Of a stretch of DNA of 64,000 bases, positions 35,754 to 45,325 are shown one piece after another. Numbering within the stretch: the first letter of the stretch is position 1; each line of letters opens with the position of its first letter. Below the pieces are notes generated by a model. That model had not been told where the DNA came from. It did no database searches and saw only the letters and a program-made list of their open reading frames with translations. The stretch is from assembly GCA_965204725.1 (NCBI GenBank), contig OZ242005.1:4000001-4064000 (forward strand). The letters are read 5' to 3'. Both the position numbers and the translations under genes were made by a program. This DNA comes from Candidatus Latescibacterota bacterium (GTDB lineage: Bacteria; Latescibacterota; UBA2968; UBA8231).

Positions 35754-38306
35754 TCAGGGTTTGGATTGAATTATGGGTACAATCTGATCGGCCGCCACCT
35801 TTTCTAAGGTCTGCAACGTGCCGTCGGGCCAGTAAATTTTGACCGTGGCCGAGGTGGCCTCTCCTAGGCCAAAGTGGAGCCGGGGGTCGCTGCTCGAAAG
35901 ATAACTACCGCCCGACTGGAATTCCCGGACTTGGCGCTGCCCATCAGCGATCACGACGACGCGGGTTCCGCGGGCTGCCAACTGAATCGTCAGCCAGTGC
36001 TGGCGGTTGCCCCCGTCGTTGCGCAGGAGGTTGGGGGCCGCGGCAACATTGGTCACTAGCAGATCGAGGTCGCCATCGTTGTCGTAGTCGGCCGTGGCCG
36101 AAGCGCGGCTTACCTGCGCGAGCGCGGGATGGACCCTAGCCGAGACATCGACAAAGCGGATTCCCCGCTGGTTGCACAACACCTGATTGGGCTGCGGATA
36201 GGCGTGGTCGGGGTGTACCTGAGTGATTTTGTCCATGACGTGGCCGTTGGCGACAAAGAGGTCGAGGTCGCCGTCGTTGTCGTAGTCGAAAAAATTGGTG
36301 CCAAAGCCCAGCGGTTTGTAACTACACTCGGCGAGGCCGGCGCGTTGGGTGATGTCGTAGAATTGCCCCTGCCCATCGTTGCCGTACAGGGTATTGGTCT
36401 CTTGGGCGAAGTTGGTCACAAAAATATCTTGGAACCCATCGTTGTCCCAATCCCCGAACTCCACCCCCATACCTGCTTCGGCCAAGCCGTCCTCGTTGTA
36501 GCGTCCTCCGGCGTAGAGGCCGACCTCGGCAAAGCGCGCCCCTTGGTTTTGATAGAGGAAATTCATGGTGCCGTCGTTGGCTACGTACAGGTCGGTGTCG
36601 CCGTCGAGATCGTAGTCTGAGAATGCCACGCCCAAGCCGCGCCCCTTGTGGATGATTCCCGTTGCGGCCGCCACGTCGCGGAAGTGGCCGTCCTCGTTGC
36701 GGTAGAGCACATCGCCTACCGGCTCGTAAAACTTTGGCTCGCAATAGGAGCGAATACCGCCCTCAGCACAGACGATGTTTTTTTGCGGGTCAAATTCTAC
36801 ATAGTTGGTCGCGTAGAGATCCAAGTCGCCATCGAGGTCGTAGTCTAGAAAGCCGCAACTAGTGCCCCACCGGGCATCGCCCCCACCCACGGCTGAGGTC
36901 ACATCGGCAAAGCGCCCATTGCCCTCGTTGCGCAGCAGGAGGTTGGGACCCACGTTGGTCACGTAGAGATCCACGTCCCCATCCGCGTCGTAGTCGGCGG
37001 CCGTGCAGCCCATGCCGTAGCCGGTGTGCCCGGCCCCGGAGGCGGCCGTCACATCGGCGAAACCGTCGGCCCCGGTGTTGCGGTACAGGCGATTGGTGGG
37101 GATTGGATCGGGGAGTTCGCCGCTTAGGGGCGCGCCGTTGACTAGATAGAGATCGAGCCAGCCATCGCCGTCCGCATCGAGGAAAGCCGCGCCGGCCCCA
37201 AAGGTTTCGACGTAGTAGTATTCGCCCGCAAAGCCGTTGTAGTGCTCAAAATGGAGGCCGGCCGCTTGGGTCACATCGGCCAGTTGAATGGGGCCGCAGC
37301 TAGGGTCGGCGGGGTCCAGCGGTGGGGTCGGGCGGGCCGCGGCCTTGGGCCTTAGCGCTATGAGCGGAGCGGTCACATCGGCCAAGTCGGGGGCGACGCT
37401 AAAGTGGGCGCTGGGCTGGAAGGGCCGGGCAAAGGTCGCGCCGGCAAAGGTGGCTTCCTGTTTGAAGCGGCTGTCACCGAAGAGAGCCGAGTCGTGAAAG
37501 TAGGCATCGACAAAGCGGGCCGGGCCGCCAAAGACGATTCGGCGGAAGGAGGCCGCCGCGGAGAAAGTGGCTCGCTCAAAGTGGACTGCGCCGCCAAAGT
37601 AAGCCGCAGCAAACGTGGCGGCTCCCACAAAGCGGCTGTGCGCGAACCGGGCGTCCGCGCCAAAGCGCGCCCCGGCAAAGGAAACGGTCGATTGCCACAC
37701 CGCTTCTTTGAAGGAAGCCAAATCGGCAAAGGACGCATCCCGAAAAAGGGTGGCGCGGGCGAATGCAGCCTCGTCGAAATAGGTCGCCCCCTCAAATTGG
37801 GTGCGCTCAAAGGTGGTTTCGCCGCCAAAGACGGTCTGCTGAAAAAAGGCCGCGGCCGAAAACTCGGTGGCCGAAAAATCTACATCGGCCAGCCGAGTCC
37901 GTTTGAAATTGGCCGTACCCACGATGCGGCACTCGCGGCAGGCAAACCCTTTTTCGAGGCGGGTTTCGAGCAGGGAGATCCCCTGTTGGAAGTGGGTGCG
38001 AACAAAGCGCAGCGGTTGGCGAAAAACGGCGCGTTCTAAGACTACGGGGCTGGTAAAGCGCACATCCGCAAAAGCGAGTGCCGCGCTCAGGGTGTCGCCG
38101 GTTAATTCGAGCGGCCCCTGCACCACGAGGCGGTTGTATTCGAGCGCGGTGTCGGCGGGTGCTCGTTGGATTGCTGCGACGAGATCGCGGGCGAGGACGA
38201 GTTGGTAGGCTTTGCCCTCTAAGGTCACTTCGTATTGGGCCGCCGAGGACAGCGGAACCAGTAGGAACAGCAAGAGAAGCCGATGGACAGATGCGTAGAA
38301 GATCAT
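35754..38306 (-). CDS. Pentapeptide-repeat domain fused to CRTAC1-family FG-GAP/ASPIC-UnbV domain
   Basis: Signal peptide, A.F..A.F repeats, Pro-rich linker, DYD.DGD.DL blades and GSYLSSSDPRLHFGLG...WPDG. Start is ATG 38306 or 38348. The longer ORF runs through a MITE. Confidence 0.8.
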   Translation of the reverse strand: MIFYASVHRLLLLFLLVPLSSAAQYEVTLEGKAYQLVLARDLVAAIQRAPADTALEYNRLVVQGPLELTGDTLSAALAFADVRFTSPVVLERAVFRQPLRFVRTHFQQGISLLETRLEKGFACRECRIVGTANFKRTRLADVDFSATEFSAAAFFQQTVFGGETTFERTQFEGATYFDEAAFARATLFRDASFADLASFKEAVWQSTVSFAGARFGADARFAHSRFVGAATFAAAYFGGAVHFERATFSAAASFRRIVFGGPARFVDAYFHDSALFGDSRFKQEATFAGATFARPFQPSAHFSVAPDLADVTAPLIALRPKAAARPTPPLDPADPSCGPIQLADVTQAAGLHFEHYNGFAGEYYYVETFGAGAAFLDADGDGWLDLYLVNGAPLSGELPDPIPTNRLYRNTGADGFADVTAASGAGHTGYGMGCTAADYDADGDVDLYVTNVGPNLLLRNEGNGRFADVTSAVGGGDARWGTSCGFLDYDLDGDLDLYATNYVEFDPQKNIVCAEGGIRSYCEPKFYEPVGDVLYRNEDGHFRDVAAATGIIHKGRGLGVAFSDYDLDGDTDLYVANDGTMNFLYQNQGARFAEVGLYAGGRYNEDGLAEAGMGVEFGDWDNDGFQDIFVTNFAQETNTLYGNDGQGQFYDITQRAGLAECSYKPLGFGTNFFDYDNDGDLDLFVANGHVMDKITQVHPDHAYPQPNQVLCNQRGIRFVDVSARVHPALAQVSRASATADYDNDGDLDLLVTNVAAAPNLLRNDGGNRQHWLTIQLAARGTRVVVIADGQRQVREFQSGGSYLSSSDPRLHFGLGEATSATVKIYWPDGTLQTLEKVAADQIVPIIQSKP

Positions 38307-38347
38307 GGTTTGCGAATGCTCGGGACATTGGCTTTTCGAGCGCGCCA

Positions 38348-38485
38348 TAGAAGCGTTCTTAACACTCCTGTTGCTTTTGGCTCGTCTTGCCTGACGACGC
38401 GAGGCGTCATTCCCGCGCAAGCGGGAATCCAGAAAAGGACCCAGCCGAATCAAAAACGGAAACCCTAATTTTAAGAACGCTTCTA
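38348..38485. mobile_element. MITE-like element, TAGAAGC family, carrying a CGTC-tagged REP hairpin
   Basis: Perfect 15-bp TIR TAGAAGCGTTCTTAA / TTAAGAACGCTTCTA. Internal CGTCATTCCCGCGCAAGCGGGAATCCAG at 38405-38432. Confidence 0.85.
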
Positions 38486-38573
38486 ACGACGGAGCGGCCA
38501 AGCGCACTCTCTTGACATCGGGGGTAAATGCTACTTTCTTCACGCCCTCCTCACAAATTAGTTGGTATAGCGT

Positions 38574-40553
38574 ATGCGTTGCAAAGTACAGAGCAGGCCG
38601 AATTGTCCGGCGGCTTTTCTCACGGCGCTGTGCATTCTCGCGCTCACTCCCCTAACAAGGGTCCACGCTGAATCCGGCCAGCCGGGGTCGGCCAAACTTC
38701 TCAAGCCCTTTCCCGAGCCGGCCGCAATCATCGATCCCCCGTGGTTGGCGCGTCGCCAGCAAGCCCAACTGGAGGCGGCCCAAGCCTACGAGGTCTTTTG
38801 CGATTTCTCCTTTACCGACCAGCTCAAAGCGAGCGGCATTGCGTTTCGCAATCGGGTGGTGGCGGATTCAGGCAAGGACCATATCCCGGTTCACTACGAC
38901 CACGGCAATGGGCTCGCGGTGGGGGATGTGGATGGCGATGGACGCTACGACCTCTACTTTACGACCCAAGTGGGCAGCAATCAGCTCTGGCGCAATCTCG
39001 GCCGAGCGCACTTTGCAAACCACACTACGCCGAGTCTGGAGCTGGCCGACCGGATCGGGGTAAGCGCGTCGTTTGGCGACATTGACAACGACGGCGATAT
39101 CGATCTGTATGCCACAGCGGTGCGGTTGGGCAACCGGCTCTTGGTCAACGACGGCACCGGCCGCTTTGAGGATGCAACCGAGCATTCGGGCACGGGCTGG
39201 CAGGCGCACTCGTCGTCTGGTGAGTTCTTCGATTACAATAACGATGGGTTGCTGGATCTGTTTGTGACCAATGTGGGGGTCTATACCCAAGACGAAAAGA
39301 GGACGGCCGCGGTCGATCCGCTGCGGCTGGAGGCGGGAGCGACCTATCAGTACTACCGAGGTTTCAAGGATGCCTTCTCCGGGCACTTGAAGCCCGAGCG
39401 GGCCGAGCTGAGCGCGCTGTTCAAGAACTTGGGACAGGGGGTTTTCGCCGAGGTCTCCCGCGAAGTGGGGTTGTTGGATTCGAGCTGGTCGGGCGACGCC
39501 AGCCCGGTAGATTTCAACGGGGATGGCTGGCAGGACCTCTACGTGCTCAACATGCAGGGGCACGACTCCTACTACGAGAATGCGGCCGGGCAGCATTTCA
39601 TTAAAAAGAGCCGCGCACTGTTCCCCAAAACGTCGTGGGGGGCGATGGGGATCAAGTCCCTCGACTACGACAACGATGGCCGGATGGATCTCTTCATCTC
39701 CGACATGCACTCCGATATGAGTCAGCCGGTGGGGCCTTGGGACGAAAAACTCAAGGCGTACATGCAGTATCCAGAAGATTTTTTGCAGAGCGAAGGGTTG
39801 AGCATCTTCGGCAACTCCTTTTACCACCACGTAGGCGCGGGGCAGTTTGAAGAAATCTCCGACCTAATCGGCACGGAGAATTATTGGCCGTGGGGGTTGA
39901 GCAGCGGCGATCTCAACGCCGACGGCTGGCAGGATGTGTTCGTGGCTTCGAGCATGAATTACCCCTTTCGCTATGGGATCAACACCGTCTTGCTCAACGA
40001 CCGAGGGCGCGGCTTCCTTGACAGCGAGTTTGTGTTAGGAGTAGAGCCGCGACTCAACAGTCGGACCGCGCAGCCGTGGTTCGCCCTCGACTGCGATGGA
40101 GCGGATAGGGAGCACAAAAACTGCGAGGGTCAACAAGGCGGCTTGCTGGTGTATGGTGCCTTGGGGACGCGCTCGTCGGCGCTGTTCGACGTGGAGGGCG
40201 ACGGCGATCTCGACATTGTGACCAATGAGTTCAATGGAGTGCCGCAGGTCTTGCTCAGCGACCTGAGTCAGCGTCGGGCGGGGTTGCGCTACTTGGAGGT
40301 GATACTGGTGGGAAAAGCGTCGAATCGCGACGGGTTGGGCGCAGTGGTCGAGGTAAAAGCCGGCGATCAGATCTATACCCAAGTGCAGGATGGGCAGTCG
40401 GGGTATCTGTCGCAGAGTGCTGGTGGACTCTACTTTGGCTTGGGGACAGCGGCCGCGGTGGATCGCCTAACGGTGCGCTGGCCCTCGGGTCAGGTACAGA
40501 CCTTGGACGGCCCCATCCCGACCAACCAGCGCCTCACCGCAGAGGAACCTTAG
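38574..40553 (+). CDS. CRTAC1-family FG-GAP repeat protein with ASPIC/UnbV domain
   Basis: Signal peptide, GDVDGDG.YDL and DYNNDGLLDL blades, SNRDGLGA...SGYLSQS...YFGLG...RWPSG. Confidence 0.9.
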   Translation: MRCKVQSRPNCPAAFLTALCILALTPLTRVHAESGQPGSAKLLKPFPEPAAIIDPPWLARRQQAQLEAAQAYEVFCDFSFTDQLKASGIAFRNRVVADSGKDHIPVHYDHGNGLAVGDVDGDGRYDLYFTTQVGSNQLWRNLGRAHFANHTTPSLELADRIGVSASFGDIDNDGDIDLYATAVRLGNRLLVNDGTGRFEDATEHSGTGWQAHSSSGEFFDYNNDGLLDLFVTNVGVYTQDEKRTAAVDPLRLEAGATYQYYRGFKDAFSGHLKPERAELSALFKNLGQGVFAEVSREVGLLDSSWSGDASPVDFNGDGWQDLYVLNMQGHDSYYENAAGQHFIKKSRALFPKTSWGAMGIKSLDYDNDGRMDLFISDMHSDMSQPVGPWDEKLKAYMQYPEDFLQSEGLSIFGNSFYHHVGAGQFEEISDLIGTENYWPWGLSSGDLNADGWQDVFVASSMNYPFRYGINTVLLNDRGRGFLDSEFVLGVEPRLNSRTAQPWFALDCDGADREHKNCEGQQGGLLVYGALGTRSSALFDVEGDGDLDIVTNEFNGVPQVLLSDLSQRRAGLRYLEVILVGKASNRDGLGAVVEVKAGDQIYTQVQDGQSGYLSQSAGGLYFGLGTAAAVDRLTVRWPSGQVQTLDGPIPTNQRLTAEEP

Positions 40554-40669
40554 AAGCGGTCCGCAAACCCGCCTTGGGTCATGTTGAACAAGCCGTAGAG
40601 ACAGGATCCGTCATTCCCGCGCAAGCGGGAATCCAGCCACCACTACCAGAGTTTTCAGACAGCTTCTTA
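40551..40669. mobile_element. MITE-like element, TAGAAGC family, carrying a CGTC-tagged REP hairpin
   Basis: TIR AGAAGCGGTCCGCAAAC / GTTTTCAGACAGCTTCT (14 of 17 match). The 28-bp hairpin at 40609-40636 is identical to 38405-38432. Left end overlaps the TAG stop. Confidence 0.75.
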
Positions 40670-40683
40670 GAAGCGGTCAGGGA

Positions 40684-40706
40684 ACGAACCACGAACCACG
40701 AACCAC
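40684..40706. repeat. Heptamer tandem repeat (ACGAACC) x3.3
   Basis: ACGAACC ACGAACC ACGAACC AC read directly from the sequence. Confidence 0.85.
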
Positions 40707-40723
40707 TAAACAGAGCATTCAGC

Positions 40724-43252
40724 GTGGAAGAACGCGATCGGGACTTGGATCGGTCAGAACAAAAGACGCTCTGGGTCCTGTTCTTTTTTTCGGGGGTTAG
40801 CAGTTTAGTCTATCAGGTCGTGTGGGCGCGGATGCTGACCGTAGTCTTTGGCACCACCCTACTGGCGACTAGCACCGTGCTCAGCGCCTTCATGGCGGGC
40901 CTAGCCTTGGGTAGCTGCGTTTTGGGGCGGCGCATCGACCGCTGCAAGCACCCGCTGCGGGTTTTTGCCGCGCTAGAAGCCGGCATTGGTCTTTTTGCCC
41001 TCCTCTTTCCCAGCCTTAGTGCGAACTTGGGCAACGCCTACGGAGCGTTAGTGGGGTTACAGGGGAACTTCTACCTCTTTTCCTTGGCCCGCTTCGGCCT
41101 GTGCTTTGCCCTGCTCCTGATCCCCACGGCACTGATGGGGGGAACCCTACCGGTCGTCGCCAAATTTGCGGTGCGGCGGCTGGGCAGATTGGGCGGGCGG
41201 GTCGGGCAACTCTATGCGGTCAACACGCTAGGGGCGGTCGTCGGGGTGTTGGCCGCGACCTTCGGACTGATGGAAGGGCTGGGTTTGCAGGGAACGACCC
41301 AAGCCATCGCGGCGGTGAATCTTTCGGTGGCGGGCTCAGCTTGGCTGTGGGGGAGCCAACGGGCTGTCGGCGGCGGCGAAGAGGCGGTGGTGAAAAAGAT
41401 CGTTCCCGCCAACCGCGTCCTGTGGGGCGTATTGGCCGGCTTTGCCCTCTCCGGTTTTGCCGCTTTAGGCTACGAAGTGGCGTGGATGCGGCTCTTGATG
41501 GTCAGTTTCTCCTTCAATTCACACTACGAGTTCAGCATTGTCTTGGTGGCCTTTTTGAGTGGACTGGCCTTGGGCGGCTGGCTGGGCAGTCGGCTGCTTA
41601 CGCGGCGGGCAAACCTGCTCTTGATTTTTGTCTGGGTCCAGTTTTTGATCGGCGCGTGTGGTGCCCTGTCCGTGCTGGCCTTTGCCCATGTATCCGCTCT
41701 TGTGACGCCGATCCAGACAGCGGACTCGTGGTGGGTGTCGAGGACCGGGGTGTTTTTTACGGCCGTTGCCATCATGTTGCTGCCGACCTTGGCCATGGGG
41801 GTTATCTTTCCGCTGGTCGGCCAAATCTACACGCGACAACTGGCGAGTCTAGGGCGCGGCATAGGGGATATAGGCGCGGTCAACAGCTTGGGCGCGGTTG
41901 GAGGAGCCTTTGTGACCGGGTTTGTGCTGATGCCGCTGCTGGGGACCGAGTGGAGCGTCAAGGTGTTGGCGGGGCTGAACGGCTTGGTCGGCCTAGCCAT
42001 CGCCTTCGTTGGGCAGCAACGTAAGGGGCTGGTCTGGAGTGGGGCGGCCGGGTTGGCTCTGCTGCTGGTCTTAGTGCCTTCGGACGTGCTGCGGCGCGTT
42101 GCAGAGCCAGCGGCCGTCAACCGGGAGTTGGTGTTTTACCAAGAGGGGGTCGAAGGCGTCATCACCGTCGAAAGGCAAACCGATGGTTTCCGCAAAATGG
42201 CCCTTAATGGGGGCGGGCAGGTGCCCACCGATTACAGCTCGCTGCAAATTTTCCGCTTACTGGGCCATTTACCCCTGCTCCTGCATCCCGATCCGCAAGA
42301 GGTGTTGGTCGTCTCCTTGGGCGGCGGGATCGCCTTGGGGGCCGCGGCCCAGTACGAGCCGCGACGCATCACGTGCGTTGAGCTGGTGCCGGAGGTAATT
42401 GACGCGGCCCGGGCGCACTTTGGCGAATTTAATCACCACGTCCTTGAGAACCCGACGGGGTGGAACGTCGAACTAGTCATCGACGACGGCCGCAATTTTC
42501 TCCTCTCCAGCCGCAATACCTACCAAGTCATCACCGGGGACGCCACCCATCCGACGAGTGCCGATAGCTGGGTGCTCTACACCAAGGAATTTTACGAGTT
42601 GTGCCGCGCCCGCCTCAGCACCGACGGGATCATGGCTCAGTGGCTGCCCTTTCACGGCCTGCCTCCAGACGACTACAAGACCATCGTGCGGACCTTTCAG
42701 CGCGTTTTCCCCCACGCCACTTTGTGGCGCTCGAACAACTACTCGATCATGGTGGGAACCATGCAGCCGCAGGCGATTGATTGGGCGGTGCTGCAAGAGA
42801 AAATGACGCCGCCGCGAGTGCAGCGCAGCTTGGAGGACATCGACCTAGGCAATGTATTCGCGCTCCTGAATAGCCTCGTGCTGGACGAGAGTGCCCTGCG
42901 GCGCTATGTGGGGGAAGGGCCGCTCAACACCGACGACCATCCTTACATCAGCTTTGTCAGTCCGCGGGGCTACAACAGCGGCTCGTGGGAGGTATTGGAA
43001 AGTTTGGCACCGCACCGCACCTCGGCGTTGTCGCTGCTGACGGCCCCCTCTGCTGCGGTACGGCAAAAGCTGGAGGCGTACTTCAGGGCTGGCGAGCACG
43101 CGCTAACTGGGGATATAATGCGGCTGCAAAACCGCGATCGGGCCGCGGCAAGGGCCTATCAGCGCGCACTAAAGGCGAATCCCGAGGACAGGTCGTCGGC
43201 CTATTTCCTCCAACTGCTGGCCGAGCAACTCAGCCGAAGATCGCCCCTATGA
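40724..43252 (+). CDS. Fused MFS-like membrane / spermidine-synthase-like (SAM-dependent) protein with C-terminal TPR
   Basis: FF.SG...LVYQVVW.R and LYAVNTLGA in duplicated membrane halves, then SLGGG, VEL.PEV, DDGRNFL and LYTKEFY. Start is uncertain (GTG 40724). Confidence 0.85.
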   Translation: MEERDRDLDRSEQKTLWVLFFFSGVSSLVYQVVWARMLTVVFGTTLLATSTVLSAFMAGLALGSCVLGRRIDRCKHPLRVFAALEAGIGLFALLFPSLSANLGNAYGALVGLQGNFYLFSLARFGLCFALLLIPTALMGGTLPVVAKFAVRRLGRLGGRVGQLYAVNTLGAVVGVLAATFGLMEGLGLQGTTQAIAAVNLSVAGSAWLWGSQRAVGGGEEAVVKKIVPANRVLWGVLAGFALSGFAALGYEVAWMRLLMVSFSFNSHYEFSIVLVAFLSGLALGGWLGSRLLTRRANLLLIFVWVQFLIGACGALSVLAFAHVSALVTPIQTADSWWVSRTGVFFTAVAIMLLPTLAMGVIFPLVGQIYTRQLASLGRGIGDIGAVNSLGAVGGAFVTGFVLMPLLGTEWSVKVLAGLNGLVGLAIAFVGQQRKGLVWSGAAGLALLLVLVPSDVLRRVAEPAAVNRELVFYQEGVEGVITVERQTDGFRKMALNGGGQVPTDYSSLQIFRLLGHLPLLLHPDPQEVLVVSLGGGIALGAAAQYEPRRITCVELVPEVIDAARAHFGEFNHHVLENPTGWNVELVIDDGRNFLLSSRNTYQVITGDATHPTSADSWVLYTKEFYELCRARLSTDGIMAQWLPFHGLPPDDYKTIVRTFQRVFPHATLWRSNNYSIMVGTMQPQAIDWAVLQEKMTPPRVQRSLEDIDLGNVFALLNSLVLDESALRRYVGEGPLNTDDHPYISFVSPRGYNSGSWEVLESLAPHRTSALSLLTAPSAAVRQKLEAYFRAGEHALTGDIMRLQNRDRAAARAYQRALKANPEDRSSAYFLQLLAEQLSRRSPL

Positions 43253-45168
43253 TGCCGTATCGTGCCCTGTTCGTCGGTGCTTTGATGGCCGTGGTGATCA
43301 ACACGGTTTTTCCTTATGGCCTCTTGGTGATGGGGACCCTCGATTGGACCGGGGATTTCATCGCCCTGAGCGCGATCTTCCTCCTCTTTCTCCTGCTGTT
43401 GGTCAACATTCCGCTCAAATGGATCGGGCGTCAATGGAACTTGTCGGCCCGGGAACTGGTGGTGATCTACGCCATGATGGTCGCGGCTTCGGCGATTCCC
43501 TCCACCGGGGTCACGGCCCAATTGGTCCCCTTTTTGGCCGGCGTCTATTACTATGCTACGCCCGAAAACAACTGGGCCGAGCTGCTGCACCCTTACATCC
43601 AGCCGTGGCTGGCACCGCAAGACCCAATGGCTGTTAAGTACTTCTACGAGGGGTTACCCCAAGAGGCGGCCATCCCTTGGGGAGCATGGCTGGTGCCCCT
43701 GTTGGCGTGGGCTTCTTTTTTGGCCGCGCTCTATTTGATGATGATCGCCCTGTCGGCGCTGCTCCACGAACAATGGGCCCGCAACGAGCGCTTGATCTTT
43801 CCGCTCGTCCAGTTGCCGCTGTACATGATCCACGAGGACGACCGGCCCTCGGCGGTCAACCCCTTTCTCAAGGAACCGCTGATGTGGTTGGGGTTTGCCA
43901 TTCCCTTCGTCCTATTGGGAATCAATGCCCTGCACAAGTACTATCCCTTTGTTCCCCCCATTGAGCTGTCAACCCAGTTGGCCGTGTTCCACGATATGCG
44001 GGGGGTCTTGTTCAACTTGTGGTTTATCGTCCTCGGCCTGACGTACTTTCTGAGCTTGGAGGTCTCCTTTAGTCTGTGGTTTTTCTACCTGCTCAACTTC
44101 TTCCAGTTGGGCCTTTTCAATACCCTCGGGTTCAGCATTGCAGAAATCCGGCTGATGCACACCGAAGGGTCCATAGCGACCGCCCAGCAGGCCATGGGGG
44201 CGTTGATTGCCCTCGTCGCGGCCTGCTTGTGGACCGCCCGTCGGCATCTCAAAAAAATTGTCGTCGGGGCGTGGAAAAGGCAGGAACCGACGGAGGATCG
44301 AGGGCATATCCTCTCCTACCGCAAGGCCGTGTGGCTCCTGCTCGGGGCCTTTCTCTACGCGCTCCTATGGCTGAAAAGCGCGGGATTGCCCGTGGGGGCG
44401 GCCCTGCTGTTGCTCGGTATCGCCTTTGTGGTGTTCATCGGTTTGACGCGGATTGTCGCCGAAGGGGGCATGGGGTATGGCCGCGCCCAGATGACGCCCA
44501 CAGCCTTTGCGATCAATGCGCTGGGCACGGCCCCCATTGGGCCGCAGGGCCTGATGGTGCTCGGGTTTGCCAACGGCTGGGCCGGAGATATTCGCACGAC
44601 CGTTATGGCGGCCGCTTCCAACAGCACCCGGCTGGCCGAGGTCGTCGGGACGCGCCGGCCACCGCTCTTTTGGGCTTTGCTCCTAGCTATCGCCGTGAGT
44701 TTGGTCGCCTCGGCTTGGACGGTACTTTCCATCGCCTATACCTACGGCGGGGTCAATCTACACTACTGGTTTTACAGCATTATGGGCCGCTGGACGTTTA
44801 AGGACATGGTGGCGAATCAACTCAACCCGGTGGCCGAGTGGAATTTTTGGGGCCCACGGGGCGCGTTCACCGGCTTGGGGGCCGGGCTGATGTTTTTGTT
44901 GTTGTACCTGCGCCACCGCTTCTTGTGGTGGCCCATTCACCCGATTGGCCTGCCGGTGGGGGGGACTTATGTGATGTTTTTCGCTTGGTCGAGTATGGCA
45001 CTGGGCTGGCTGGCGAAATGGATCGCCTTGCGGTACGGCGGCATTAAACTCTTTCGCCGGCTGCGGCCCTTCTTTCTCGGCATGGTGTTGGGCCAAGTCA
45101 GCAGCGCGGGTTTATGGATGGCGGTGGATCTGATCGCCGGGTGGGACGCCGTGGTGACGCGGTGGTAG
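43249..45168 (+). CDS. Polytopic membrane protein, DUF6785/DUF6784-type putative peptide permease
   Basis: Paralogue of 253-2184 (YYATPENNW, ERLIFPL, YTYGGVNL, PIHPIG, RLRPFFLG). ATGA overlap with the upstream stop at 43249-43252. Confidence 0.75.
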   Translation: MMPYRALFVGALMAVVINTVFPYGLLVMGTLDWTGDFIALSAIFLLFLLLLVNIPLKWIGRQWNLSARELVVIYAMMVAASAIPSTGVTAQLVPFLAGVYYYATPENNWAELLHPYIQPWLAPQDPMAVKYFYEGLPQEAAIPWGAWLVPLLAWASFLAALYLMMIALSALLHEQWARNERLIFPLVQLPLYMIHEDDRPSAVNPFLKEPLMWLGFAIPFVLLGINALHKYYPFVPPIELSTQLAVFHDMRGVLFNLWFIVLGLTYFLSLEVSFSLWFFYLLNFFQLGLFNTLGFSIAEIRLMHTEGSIATAQQAMGALIALVAACLWTARRHLKKIVVGAWKRQEPTEDRGHILSYRKAVWLLLGAFLYALLWLKSAGLPVGAALLLLGIAFVVFIGLTRIVAEGGMGYGRAQMTPTAFAINALGTAPIGPQGLMVLGFANGWAGDIRTTVMAAASNSTRLAEVVGTRRPPLFWALLLAIAVSLVASAWTVLSIAYTYGGVNLHYWFYSIMGRWTFKDMVANQLNPVAEWNFWGPRGAFTGLGAGLMFLLLYLRHRFLWWPIHPIGLPVGGTYVMFFAWSSMALGWLAKWIALRYGGIKLFRRLRPFFLGMVLGQVSSAGLWMAVDLIAGWDAVVTRW

Positions 45169-45176
45169 GTTGGTTG

Positions 45177-45312
45177 GTTGCTACACGACACCAGCCCTCC
45201 GCCTTCCCGGGATCGAGGGCATCTTGCCCTCGTCGAGGGCGGGACGCCCTCGATCCCAGGTGCAACGGCAACACCAGAAAAGGCGGACTCAAAGCAAGGG
45301 TCGCGTACTTAG
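45177..45312. mobile_element. 136-bp MITE-like element with REP doublet, flanked by a direct repeat
   Basis: Near-identical to 9542-9677. GGTTGGTTG at 45168-45176 and 45313-45321, with the match extending to 16 bp. Confidence 0.85.
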
Positions 45313-45325
45313 GGTTGGTTGGTTG

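Noticed and set aside
38349-38543. N-terminal extension of the 929-aa ORF (likewise 9589-9690 and 40574-40723)
   Set aside because: These extensions are translations of MITE/REP DNA. Signal peptides, RBS positions or domain boundaries indicate downstream starts.
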